The position numbers were made by a program, and so were the translations under genes. Below the pieces are notes generated by a model. The model was not told the DNA's origin. It saw nothing but the letters and a program-made list of their open reading frames with translations, and searched no databases. DNA of 26,729 nucleotides from a virus. Taxonomy: Duplodnaviria; Caudoviricetes. This document shows, one piece after another, positions 1 to 8,659 of this stretch (within the stretch, counting starts at the first letter, position 1; the number at the start of each line of letters is the position of its first letter). Location: positions 1 to 26,729 of IMG/VR virus record IMGVR_UViG_3300049844_000146, one strand, 5' to 3'.

Positions 1-561
1 ATTAGCGTTGCTTCGGGAAATTTTAGCCTATTGGTTGCGTCCGGTATTCAAGCCGGAAGTTCGGCTTTTGCGGCGCTTGGATTTACCGGCGGCGATCTAG
101 TAGCGGTAACAACTGCGACAAGCGACGCAGCGGTCGGGTTAACTTATGCGCCACAGCTTCCGATTCAAGACTATGTCCCAAAAGAAAATAATTTTAAAGC
201 TCGAAGTGCGGTCGTTACTTTATCCGCGTCGGGAAAAAACGTTAGCGTTCAAACTTTTGGAAGTGAACAGTTTATTAAAGGTAATATTAAATATATTACA
301 AACCGCGCAATTGCCTCGGGTAAATGGCGCGGCGACATTGCCGCCGTTGAAAACGTTGTTAGTTTTTTAACCTACGCAATAACTAAAGGCCCTTTTGAAT
401 TTATGCCCGACGAAAGTAAAGTCGAGTCTTATATCACGGTTCTTTTAGAATCAACGGCGGTCAACCAAGACGGCGTCGGGTTTGAGCTTCGCGAGTACGT
501 TGACAAAGACTTGCCTAATGTATTTGAAACGGGTTTACTTACTTTTAGGGTTATTGACTAA
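1..561 (+). CDS. Tail/virion structural protein, 5'-truncated by the window edge
   Basis: Frame 1 is open from base 1 (att agc gtt ...) to TAA at 559-561, so the listed start at 31 is probably not the real start. Beta-rich composition; lies directly upstream of the tail fibre. Confidence 0.55.
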   Translation: MSVASGNFSLLVASGIQAGSSAFAALGFTGGDLVAVTTATSDAAVGLTYAPQLPIQDYVPKENNFKARSAVVTLSASGKNVSVQTFGSEQFIKGNIKYITNRAIASGKWRGDIAAVENVVSFLTYAITKGPFEFMPDESKVESYITVLLESTAVNQDGVGFELREYVDKDLPNVFETGLLTFRVID

Positions 562-575
562 AGAAGGGTCTAAAG

Positions 576-2411
576 ATGTCTGTATTAAACGGCCAAATTG
601 CCAACCAAACAACTTTTAATAACGCCTTCATGTCGCGAAGTGCGGCCACGACGTCAACCGTTGCGGAAGTTCAACTTTTAAACGTTGGTTCTTTAAGTAT
701 TCAAGACGCGCAAAAATATATCAATAAACTCGGGGACGCGGTCGGGATTACGGAAGTAAGTACCGGCGACCTAACGTACTTGAATACGAATTATATTGTA
801 AACGGCGAGCCTTACAAACGTTCAATTGAACGCCTTGACGAACAACTTGATTTAACACAAACACAATTAGACGCCCTTGACGCCGCAAACTCGGCGGACG
901 TAAGTATCACGGCTATTGGAAATACGCCAAACGGAAACGGCGCAAGTCTTTCAGGACAGGTTTTAAATTTAGAACCCGCAAGCGCCTCATTTGGTGGGGT
1001 TGTAACGACTCTTACTCAAAGTTTTGCAGGCGAAAAAACGTTTACCGGAAACGTAAACGTAGGCGGAAATTTAATCGTATCCGGTGACTTTACTGTCAAC
1101 GGAACAACAACTTTTATTAACTCAACTAATCTAGCGGTTACTGATCGAAATATTTCGGTCAACGTTGGCGGAACTGACGGAAGCGCTGAAGGCGCAGGCC
1201 TTACAGTTATCCGAACCGCGACTAACGGGTCTTTAATTTATAAAGCGTCATCGGGTAGCAAGTGGGCCATTGGAAACGAAGGCGCAGAAATTGACGTCGT
1301 TGATATTTCATCAGCCCAAACTATTTCTAATAAAGTTATTTCCGGCCTTACTAACACCATTACAAATGTTTCTTTAACAACCGGGGTAACCGGAACTTTA
1401 CCGATCGCAAACGGCGGAACGGGCCAAGTCACGGCGCTTGCCGGATTTAATGCTTTGTCGCCGTTAACTACTAAGGGCGACCTTTTAACTCACAACGGAA
1501 CAAATAACGTCCGGTTAGCCGTTGGAACTGATACCTATGTTTTGACTGCGGACTCGGCTGAAGCAACCGGCGTCAAGTGGGCTCCGGCGGGTTCAGCGGG
1601 CGCAAACACGGCGTTAAGCAATTTAGCAACGACTTCAATAAATCAAGACTTACTTCCAAGCGCCGACAACCTTAGAAAGATCGGATCGTCAGCGCTAACT
1701 TGGGCCGAAGGGTTTATCCGTAAACTCTCAAACGCTTCCGGAAACCAAATCGATTTAGACCTTAAATATCTACTATTTAATGGAAGCGCGGTTATGGCGT
1801 GGTTTTCCGGCGGGATTCAGGTTTTAGCGAACAAAGTTTTACGTTTTACCGATAGTGGCGGGTCTAATACAATTACGATTCAGCCGCCCGGATCAGTTAC
1901 GTCGCACTCTTTAACGTTACCGGCTAACGTTCCGTCTACAAATAATCAAGTTTTATTAAGCAGTACCGCAGGCGTTTTGTCTTGGGCCGCCGCTGTACCA
2001 AAAATAAAAGCGTTTGTCGAAAGCAATGACGGTCAAGTAATCGCTAATAACACAAATACGACGGTACTTTTTAATAACGTATTATCAGACCCTAACAGCA
2101 TTTATAATACGGGTAACGGACGATTTACTCAACCAAGGGACGGCGCCGGACGATTTTTGGGATCGGTTAGCTTATCAATGAGCCCTGCAACGATTTCAAC
2201 AATTTATGTAAGGGTTAACAAAAACGGCAACGAGTGGACAAATTTTCTTTTGACTGTTCCAAACATTGCAAACACGTATACTATGTCAATTCATATTGCG
2301 ACAGAAGGCGTTGCTACTGATTTTTGGACTATTAGCGTAGAACAAAACTCGGGCGCAAACCGAGCAATAACCGCCGGTTCGACCAGTCGAGTTACTTTTG
2401 AAATGGACTAA
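576..2411 (+). CDS. Tail fibre / receptor-binding protein with C-terminal C1q-like domain
   Basis: Short N-terminal coiled coil; fibre motifs GNLIVSGDFTVNGTTT, GTLPIANGGTG and TTKGDLL; C-terminal VLFNNVLSDPNSIYNTGNGRFT motif resembles C1q heads; GAAGGG RBS at 563-568. Confidence 0.8.
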   Translation: MSVLNGQIANQTTFNNAFMSRSAATTSTVAEVQLLNVGSLSIQDAQKYINKLGDAVGITEVSTGDLTYLNTNYIVNGEPYKRSIERLDEQLDLTQTQLDALDAANSADVSITAIGNTPNGNGASLSGQVLNLEPASASFGGVVTTLTQSFAGEKTFTGNVNVGGNLIVSGDFTVNGTTTFINSTNLAVTDRNISVNVGGTDGSAEGAGLTVIRTATNGSLIYKASSGSKWAIGNEGAEIDVVDISSAQTISNKVISGLTNTITNVSLTTGVTGTLPIANGGTGQVTALAGFNALSPLTTKGDLLTHNGTNNVRLAVGTDTYVLTADSAEATGVKWAPAGSAGANTALSNLATTSINQDLLPSADNLRKIGSSALTWAEGFIRKLSNASGNQIDLDLKYLLFNGSAVMAWFSGGIQVLANKVLRFTDSGGSNTITIQPPGSVTSHSLTLPANVPSTNNQVLLSSTAGVLSWAAAVPKIKAFVESNDGQVIANNTNTTVLFNNVLSDPNSIYNTGNGRFTQPRDGAGRFLGSVSLSMSPATISTIYVRVNKNGNEWTNFLLTVPNIANTYTMSIHIATEGVATDFWTISVEQNSGANRAITAGSTSRVTFEMD

Positions 2412-2423
2412 AGGGAAAACAGT

Positions 2424-2882
2424 ATGATTAGAGCCGAAATAAAAAATTTATCAGGAACCCTAACCAACGCTTTAGAGTTCAACAATATAACCGAGGCTAC
2501 GGCGTGGGTTGCTGCAATGGGGTTTAAAATCCCAAGTGAAAGAAGCGTCACCTACGTCGACATTACTGACGAAGTAAAACAACGAAACGCAATGCAAGAA
2601 TCACTAGAAACTTTTCATTTATCTATTTTCTTAAAAGCAACGATCCGAACTTTGAATAAAAAAAAGCTAGAAACCGGGGTTTGGGATAACGCTAAATTTA
2701 CCGCATTTTTAAGCTCGCCGACTATTGCAAACGCCGAACGCGCCTTATCACAAGGGTCTTGGACGTACTACAAAAGCTTAGTCGTTCAATGCGGCGAGTT
2801 TTACACCACTGAAGAAATGCAACAAATAATTAGTTTAGTTGAACAGCATGAAACAAAATGGGCCGCTGTTCTTGGGGGATAA
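2424..2882 (+). CDS. Hypothetical protein, possible tail fibre assembly/accessory protein
   Basis: 152 aa, AAGGG RBS, immediately downstream of the fibre. Function inferred from position only. Confidence 0.45.
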   Translation: MIRAEIKNLSGTLTNALEFNNITEATAWVAAMGFKIPSERSVTYVDITDEVKQRNAMQESLETFHLSIFLKATIRTLNKKKLETGVWDNAKFTAFLSSPTIANAERALSQGSWTYYKSLVVQCGEFYTTEEMQQIISLVEQHETKWAAVLGG

Positions 2883-3269
2883 ATGGCAACGTATAGCAGT
2901 AACATTTCAATAGCATGGGGCGGACCCTTTCAAACAAGATCGACAAGCCCCATTACTTTTACTGTTCCAACTGGACAATTTTTTAAGGGGAAAATTTCAG
3001 TTAGGGGAACAATTGCGGCCCCGTGGAACTATAAAGCGGGATTTACTGCAAGTATTCAACTAACTAACAGTGGCGGAAATTACATTTTTTCTGATTCGGC
3101 TTTAGCTTATACGGCAAGCGCAAACGACGGGGTCGGGTTTGATTTTGGCGGATCTTTTGAGGTTGAACTTGGGGCGGGAACTTATTATTTTTCTGCGGTA
3201 AACATTCATACTTTTACGGCGGCTCAATATATGATTACAGGTCAACTTTACTATAATACTCCGGCGTAG
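2883..3269 (+). CDS. Small beta-rich virion/adhesin-like protein
   Basis: GGGGG RBS; abuts the upstream stop; rich in Gly/Ser/Thr/aromatic residues with alternating beta patterns. Confidence 0.45.
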   Translation: MATYSSNISIAWGGPFQTRSTSPITFTVPTGQFFKGKISVRGTIAAPWNYKAGFTASIQLTNSGGNYIFSDSALAYTASANDGVGFDFGGSFEVELGAGTYYFSAVNIHTFTAAQYMITGQLYYNTPA

Positions 3270-3277
3270 GGGGCTTT

Positions 3278-3538
3278 ATGATTGAACAAATACTTTTTTG
3301 GGCGGGCACGGGCTTAGTCGTTCTATTGTTAACTGTTGTCGGGTTTTTTCTTTCTACTTTGGTCGCAGAGATTAAGGACTTTAAATCAAGTCTAATCGGC
3401 CAAATTGGTGGGGTTCAAATCGAAATGAATGAACTTAACAAAAAACTAGCCGAAGTTATTACGAATCAAGATTGGCATAAAAAAGAACTAGAGCGGCTTG
3501 ACTCTCGTATGGGCAAAATAGAGGATAAGAACACCTAA
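3278..3538 (+). CDS. Single-TM plus coiled-coil protein (holin-like lysis protein)
   Basis: N-terminal TM segment (ILFWAGTGLVVLLLTVVGFFL) followed by a heptad-like coil; GGGGG RBS. Confidence 0.5.
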   Translation: MIEQILFWAGTGLVVLLLTVVGFFLSTLVAEIKDFKSSLIGQIGGVQIEMNELNKKLAEVITNQDWHKKELERLDSRMGKIEDKNT

Positions 3539-3575
3539 TTTTTAACGGCTTTACGCCATAACAAAGGATAAAAAA

Positions 3576-3797
3576 GTGGATTTAAAACAAGCGTCTTTAG
3601 AAGTTGTAAAAGAAAACGTAAACGTAAAAGGTCTAGTTTTGGGGATGTCGCAAAAAGTTTTTCTAGCGTACTTAGAAGAACTAGCCTTGCAATCCGAAAA
3701 CAAACTAGATGATATGGCTTTAGCCCTAATCAAGAACCAAATGTCGGGACCGGCGTTTGAACAGTGGTTAGACGGAAAACTCGGCTTATTAGCGTAA
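3576..3797 (+). CDS. Small hypothetical protein in the lysis cassette
   Basis: GTG start with AAGGA RBS; amphipathic helices with an SENKLDD motif; lies between the TM gene and the spanin-like pair. Confidence 0.45.
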   Translation: MDLKQASLEVVKENVNVKGLVLGMSQKVFLAYLEELALQSENKLDDMALALIKNQMSGPAFEQWLDGKLGLLA

Positions 3798-3810
3798 GTC
3801 GGGTTTTGCT

Positions 3811-4020
3811 ATGGGTCTTACGTCAACGCAAAAACTTATTCTATGGTTAGTAGGTAAAGGGGTTGTGTTACTGTGGGACCTATGGCAAGCGCATCGCGAG
3901 CGGGCTAAACAGCTTGAAAAAGACGAAGCCAACGCTGCAAAATATAACGCCTTAAAAGGTACAAAAAATAACCGAGAGGAGCGCACTAAAAATGCTGAAA
4001 ATTTACTTAATGGCACTTAG
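3811..4020 (+). CDS. Putative inner-membrane spanin (Rz-like)
   Basis: Hydrophobic N-terminus (LILWLVGKGVVLLW) followed by a charged coiled coil; overlaps the downstream lipoprotein gene. Confidence 0.45.
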   Translation: MGLTSTQKLILWLVGKGVVLLWDLWQAHRERAKQLEKDEANAAKYNALKGTKNNREERTKNAENLLNGT

Positions 4021-4300
4021 CCTTTTCTTTCTTGTAGGTTGCGCGACAGTAGAGCCGTTTCCGGCTAAATACGTTTACGAATTAGATACCGATAATTTTG
4101 TATGCGTAAAATACGAAATCGTTAACTTAGAAAATTTAACTTTTAAATATGTAGACACGCAAAACCTTTTACAGTGTAACGGAGTTTTTGGTTTTAAGTC
4201 TGACGATACCGGCAAGGTTATGAGCTATACCCGTCGCCGTATACAAGAACATTTAAGGTTAAAATATGGCAACCGAATTAACCCAAGTTGCGGCCAATAG
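3992..4300 (+). CDS. Lipoprotein, putative outer-membrane spanin (Rz1-like)
   Basis: Signal peptide with lipobox LVGC and further Cys residues; overlaps the preceding TM/coiled-coil ORF by 29 nt. Confidence 0.55.
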   Translation: MLKIYLMALSLFFLVGCATVEPFPAKYVYELDTDNFVCVKYEIVNLENLTFKYVDTQNLLQCNGVFGFKSDDTGKVMSYTRRRIQEHLRLKYGNRINPSCGQ

Positions 4301-7043
4301 GACCCAAAGACCAATACAGGACCCGCAGTTAGTTTTAGAGATTGACGGCGTCGCCACTCGTTACGGTCTAGGTTCTATTAAAAAATATATTCGGATCGGC
4401 GATCCGGGTTTAACCGTTGGCGGAAATGTCGACGGCAAACCTTGGGCTATTGGTGGGTTATCAAATCAAGAAAACCAACTAGACGTTATTACCCTTGACG
4501 GAACTACTTCCACAATCGCGCAACAGCTTTTACAAGACAAAGGCGGGTCGACTTCTGTGTCGAGTATTCAAGTCGCCCTTGTCGATTTAAACGAAGAAAT
4601 TACTCGTCTTATTACACCAAATGAAATTGTCGACGATATTCTGGGAAGACGTGCAAACGTTTATCTTGGTTATCAAAATACGGCCTTTCCGCAAGACTTC
4701 ATTCAAATTTTTCAAGGCATTATCGATGACGTCGCAGGCGGCCCGACAACTGTTATTTTAAACATTTCTTCGCCCGAGCAAAAAAAGCGGGGCGAAATTT
4801 TACAACAAGTTACCACAGACTTAACCGCAACCGCTAAATTTGAAAACCGCACCATTCAGGGGGTTACTTATCAAGCTCGGCGGCGCAACGTTGCAAACGT
4901 CAATATCGAGTATATTGGCGGCGGAACAGCGGGAAGCGAAGTCGTTACCGTGGCGGCGACTAATATCACGGTTCAAATTCAAGCCGGAGTTAGTACCGCG
5001 TCCCAAGTTCGCGAAGCAATCGACAAAACTTTAGAGTCTTATTTATTGGTTGAAACTGAACTAGTCGAAGGCCAAGAAAGTCTTGTTCAGTCCGTTACGG
5101 GTTCTTTATTGCCTTTATTGATCGATACGACGATTAACGTTGTATCGACGCAAGGGTTTCTACTTCCCGCTGACGGCGATACTTTTAAAACCTATATTCG
5201 AATCAACGACGAAGTTATCGAATACACGGGGCTAACCCCAACGTCGTTCACGGGTTGCACTCGCGAAGCTTTAGCGCTTCAGGACCCGCGAGCTTTTGGG
5301 GAAACCCACAAAGCGGGCGACTCTGTTCAATCGTTTTATCGATTGCAAGGCTCGGCAATTGATCTAGCATTAAAAATTTTACTATCAGGCGGCCCGCAAT
5401 ACTTTGCGGAAAACGTTTCAGTTAAATCAATCGGAACAGTCGAAGGGCTTGGGGTTTTATTAAATTCGATTTTCTTTGAAGGCGTCTTTATCGATGACAA
5501 GTATGGTGTAGTTGTAGGGGACAAAGTGACAACTGTCGGCGATTCAATCCCGGCAAACAACGTGACCCTAGCGACTATTTCAGAAATCGGTCGAACCGAC
5601 TCGGGGTCGTATCTTGTACTTTCAGGCGTAAGTCTAGTTTTAAATGTCGGATCGTCGGCAACTATTAGTTTTAATTCTAAATATAATGTTTTACCCGCAG
5701 GCGCGGGGCTTGAAATGGGCGGCGACATGATCGACGTCCCGCAATTTGAATATATCTTAACGACTTTTGCGGGTTCAATTTTTGACTATGACTATTACGT
5801 TAAAGAGACTTTGAACGCAAAAGACTTTATCGATAACAAATTGTTATTTCCGACAGGCGGGTTTTCACTCCCGCGCAAGGGAAAAATTTCAATGGGGTAC
5901 ACGTCCCCGCCGCTATCAGTTATTGAGTTAAAACGTTTTAATTTTGAAAACGTAGCGCGGCCCGACCAACAGCGGATCTATCGCGGTATTACAAAATATT
6001 TCTACAATAACATTGCTTTCAAATATAACGGAGCGGTTACGGACGATCGCTATTTTTCGGGGAACATTGAACTAAGCGCCGACTCAAAAAATAGAATTAA
6101 AACGTCAACTAAAACTCTACTTATTGAAGCCGAAGGGATTAGACCGTCGGCAAAAACTGACGAAATTATCGATCGCTTAACAAGCCGGTTTTTAGATCGC
6201 TACAAGTTTGCGGCGGAACGAATTAAAATCCAAGCTTTCTACGGCGACGCTTTTAACCGCGACGTTGGTGATATTGTAGCGTTTGGCGGCGAAGGGTTTA
6301 GTTTACCTAACACCAAAAAGGGGACGCGGGTTTTTCCTGAACGTCTTTTTGAAATCGTCAATCGAAGCCTTGATATTAAAACGGGCGTCGTGACTCTAGA
6401 CTTAGTTGATACCGCTTACAGTATTGACGGCGCTCGATTTGGCGTTGTCTCGCCCGCAAGTAAAACGGACACAGGCTCTACGACAACAAAGCTCATTTTA
6501 AAACCAAGTTACGCAACCCAACCGACTGCAAGCGAGCGGTCTAAGTGGACAAGCTTTATCGGCGAGCGGATTATTGTTCATGCCGACGATTGGTCGTTTT
6601 CATATACGACAACAATCTTATCGTTTGACCCAGCAAACCCAAGCGCAATTAACGTCAACCCGGCTTTGCCTGTTGCGGTTTCAGCGGATACGGTTATCGA
6701 AATCCCAGCTTATCCCAATACGGCCCTTGATACTGACGACGCCGTTTATAAAAGAAACTTCGTGTTTGTTAATCCGGTCGTGGCCGTAACGAGTGGGGTT
6801 GATAATTTAAGTTTTAACGTAAGTTTATCCGACGCCGCTTTATTTTTAGTTGATCAAACTTTAATTGTTTATTTAGAAACTGCGGAAGGCGAAATCACTC
6901 AAGCTTCGGTCGAGGCCAAAGTCGAGTCAATCGCAGGGACTTTAATCACGGTTGATCGAGACTTAGGGTTTACCCCGAGTAACGTTCACACGGTTCATTT
7001 AATTGGTTACATAGACGGGGGTTTCCCGTATCGTTTCTTATAG
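4266..7043 (+). CDS. Large tail tip/baseplate hub-like protein (925 aa)
   Basis: N-terminal LGRRANVYLGY...IFQGIIDD hub-like segment; internal IRINDEVIEYTG...FTGCTR...HKAGDSV tail motif; structural context. Confidence 0.7.
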   Translation: MATELTQVAANRTQRPIQDPQLVLEIDGVATRYGLGSIKKYIRIGDPGLTVGGNVDGKPWAIGGLSNQENQLDVITLDGTTSTIAQQLLQDKGGSTSVSSIQVALVDLNEEITRLITPNEIVDDILGRRANVYLGYQNTAFPQDFIQIFQGIIDDVAGGPTTVILNISSPEQKKRGEILQQVTTDLTATAKFENRTIQGVTYQARRRNVANVNIEYIGGGTAGSEVVTVAATNITVQIQAGVSTASQVREAIDKTLESYLLVETELVEGQESLVQSVTGSLLPLLIDTTINVVSTQGFLLPADGDTFKTYIRINDEVIEYTGLTPTSFTGCTREALALQDPRAFGETHKAGDSVQSFYRLQGSAIDLALKILLSGGPQYFAENVSVKSIGTVEGLGVLLNSIFFEGVFIDDKYGVVVGDKVTTVGDSIPANNVTLATISEIGRTDSGSYLVLSGVSLVLNVGSSATISFNSKYNVLPAGAGLEMGGDMIDVPQFEYILTTFAGSIFDYDYYVKETLNAKDFIDNKLLFPTGGFSLPRKGKISMGYTSPPLSVIELKRFNFENVARPDQQRIYRGITKYFYNNIAFKYNGAVTDDRYFSGNIELSADSKNRIKTSTKTLLIEAEGIRPSAKTDEIIDRLTSRFLDRYKFAAERIKIQAFYGDAFNRDVGDIVAFGGEGFSLPNTKKGTRVFPERLFEIVNRSLDIKTGVVTLDLVDTAYSIDGARFGVVSPASKTDTGSTTTKLILKPSYATQPTASERSKWTSFIGERIIVHADDWSFSYTTTILSFDPANPSAINVNPALPVAVSADTVIEIPAYPNTALDTDDAVYKRNFVFVNPVVAVTSGVDNLSFNVSLSDAALFLVDQTLIVYLETAEGEITQASVEAKVESIAGTLITVDRDLGFTPSNVHTVHLIGYIDGGFPYRFL

Positions 7044-7052
7044 GGGGCAAGC

Positions 7053-7586
7053 ATGGGGCTAATATCTGACGCAAGAAAATTTATCGACGAACTCGAAGTC
7101 AAGTATCGGTCAAGCGTTTCCGAATCAACTTGGTTTAAAATTGGTGGGGCTATCAATTTTATTTTGCATCGTAATCACCAAGAAAAGCAGTTTTTCTTAA
7201 ACGGCCCTTATTATTTATTTCCGGGGATCGTAACAAAATTAGACGGCTTAACCGTGTTTAACTTCGACGCCGAAATCATTAACGTTTATATGTTTAACAT
7301 GGTCGCGGGAAGTTCAAGTTTTACGGAACTTGATATAAAATTAAAACCGCAAGGGTCTGGTTCGTTTACTTCAATCTTTTCAACTCGTCCGTCAATCGGT
7401 TATCAAGCCGGGAACGATGTTTGGGTCGGGATCGGGGACGTTATTGCGAACACAACCGCGCCCGTATTGACGTCAGGCGGCTCGCCACTCGCCGTAAATA
7501 AAGGGGACGGGTTAGTCTTGGATCTTATCAATTCAATGCCGGGCGCTCAAAACTGCGGGATTTTAGTCCACTATCGACCGCGCTAG
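7053..7586 (+). CDS. Virion structural protein (beta-sandwich-like)
   Basis: GGGGG RBS at 7043-7047; last gene of the + strand tail block. Confidence 0.55.
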   Translation: MGLISDARKFIDELEVKYRSSVSESTWFKIGGAINFILHRNHQEKQFFLNGPYYLFPGIVTKLDGLTVFNFDAEIINVYMFNMVAGSSSFTELDIKLKPQGSGSFTSIFSTRPSIGYQAGNDVWVGIGDVIANTTAPVLTSGGSPLAVNKGDGLVLDLINSMPGAQNCGILVHYRPR

Positions 7587-7903
7587 GGTTCTTTCTTACG
7601 GACCAATAAGCTTTTAAGTTTAAAATTGGCGTTATGTTTGGGGATAAAGTTTTCTTCAGATAACGCCGGGTTTGTAATTTCAATTAAGCTAAGGCTTAAA
7701 ATCATGCCGTTTGGAATAAACATTGTACAAGATTTTAAATCGTTTTGTCGATCGTGGTTTAAATATAACATAACCCCGTGTTCGTCTTGCGAGTGCAAAA
7801 AACCCGTTGAAAAACAGACCGCGCCCTTATCGTTCATTTCTTCCGCGCTATACCAATCGTCGCCTGATACGGCGTCTAACCATTTTACAAAAGCAATAAT
7901 CAT
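7583..7903 (-). CDS. Conserved-looking small phage hypothetical protein (VxWxDA ... CxSxG ... IPxGxI pattern)
   Basis: Likely start is ATG at 7903, forming an ATGA overlap with the phosphoesterase stop, rather than 7921. Confidence 0.6.
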   Translation of the reverse strand: MIIAFVKWLDAVSGDDWYSAEEMNDKGAVCFSTGFLHSQDEHGVMLYLNHDRQNDLKSCTMFIPNGMILSLSLIEITNPALSEENFIPKHNANFKLKSLLVRKKEP

Positions 7904-8601
7904 AAAAGTTTTCCAATCCAACGGCCATTTTTATTTAGAACCATAGGCAAAAGTTTAGGATGACCGTTTAAAATAATACCCGTCCCAATAACCGGACGTT
8001 TTAAATTTACTTTGTTGTATGCAAACGCAAGCGATTCGTTTTCAATAAGGCAACCCGTTTGCATCCCCCAATAAAGGCCTTCGGGGTTACCCCAATACTC
8101 AATTTTAAATTTTTCATGATAGTGGCCTTGAACCGCGCACATCCCCATAGATTGACTTAGTTTGGTGACGTCTGAAGTTTTGCCGTGGCAAAAATAAACT
8201 TTATTTCCGTTAGACATTTTAACGGTCAAATCGGGAACCCAAACCCAACCCTTCGGAGCTTCTAACATTTGATTGTAAGATTTAAAAACAAAACGCGGAA
8301 GGCCTGAAACTTTTTGTTTACGATAGACTAGCGACCCGTGATTTGATTCTAAAACAAATGCTTTAGGAAATATTTTGTAAAGCCACTTTAGTCGAGTGAT
8401 AGCGGTTTGAAGTTCGTCACGCGGAGCCATTAAGTCCGGATCGTGATCGTGAAATGAAAAACTGTGCCCGTCCGTTTCGTCCCCCATAAAAACAATCAAG
8501 TCCGGACGGTACACCTTTTTAATTTCTTCTAAAAACTCAAATATGTCCGGATGATTGTAAGGGAAGTGCGGGTCGGATACTGTTAATATTCGTTTGTACA
8601 C
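7900..8601 (-). CDS. Calcineurin-like metallophosphoesterase
   Basis: Motifs SDPH, GDETD, SNH, CHG and GHYH in the canonical order. Confidence 0.9.
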   Translation of the reverse strand: MYKRILTVSDPHFPYNHPDIFEFLEEIKKVYRPDLIVFMGDETDGHSFSFHDHDPDLMAPRDELQTAITRLKWLYKIFPKAFVLESNHGSLVYRKQKVSGLPRFVFKSYNQMLEAPKGWVWVPDLTVKMSNGNKVYFCHGKTSDVTKLSQSMGMCAVQGHYHEKFKIEYWGNPEGLYWGMQTGCLIENESLAFAYNKVNLKRPVIGTGIILNGHPKLLPMVLNKNGRWIGKLL

Positions 8602-8602
8602 A

Positions 8603-8630
8603 ACCCAAGACTAAAGTAAAAGTCTTGGGT
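8603..8630 (-). promoter_or_regulatory. 10-bp perfect stem-loop next to the phosphoesterase start codon
   Basis: acccaagact-N8-agtcttgggt; on the - strand it ends 1 nt before the GTG start. Confidence 0.6.
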
Positions 8631-8659
8631 CGCTTAGACCTGATTTTAAAATTTAGTCT

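Noticed and set aside
576-3269. Diversity-generating retroelement or invertible fibre cassette
   Set aside because: No reverse transcriptase, invertase or template/variable repeat pair seen in the window.
146-6789. Short alternative-frame and antisense ORFs inside tail genes (146, 1238, 3551, 3789, 4821, 4840, 5336, 6574)
   Set aside because: Lie within better-supported genes and have no RBS or motifs.
7626-7946. 106-aa + strand ORF
   Set aside because: Antisense shadow of the coupled - strand genes; TTG start with no RBS or recognisable motif.
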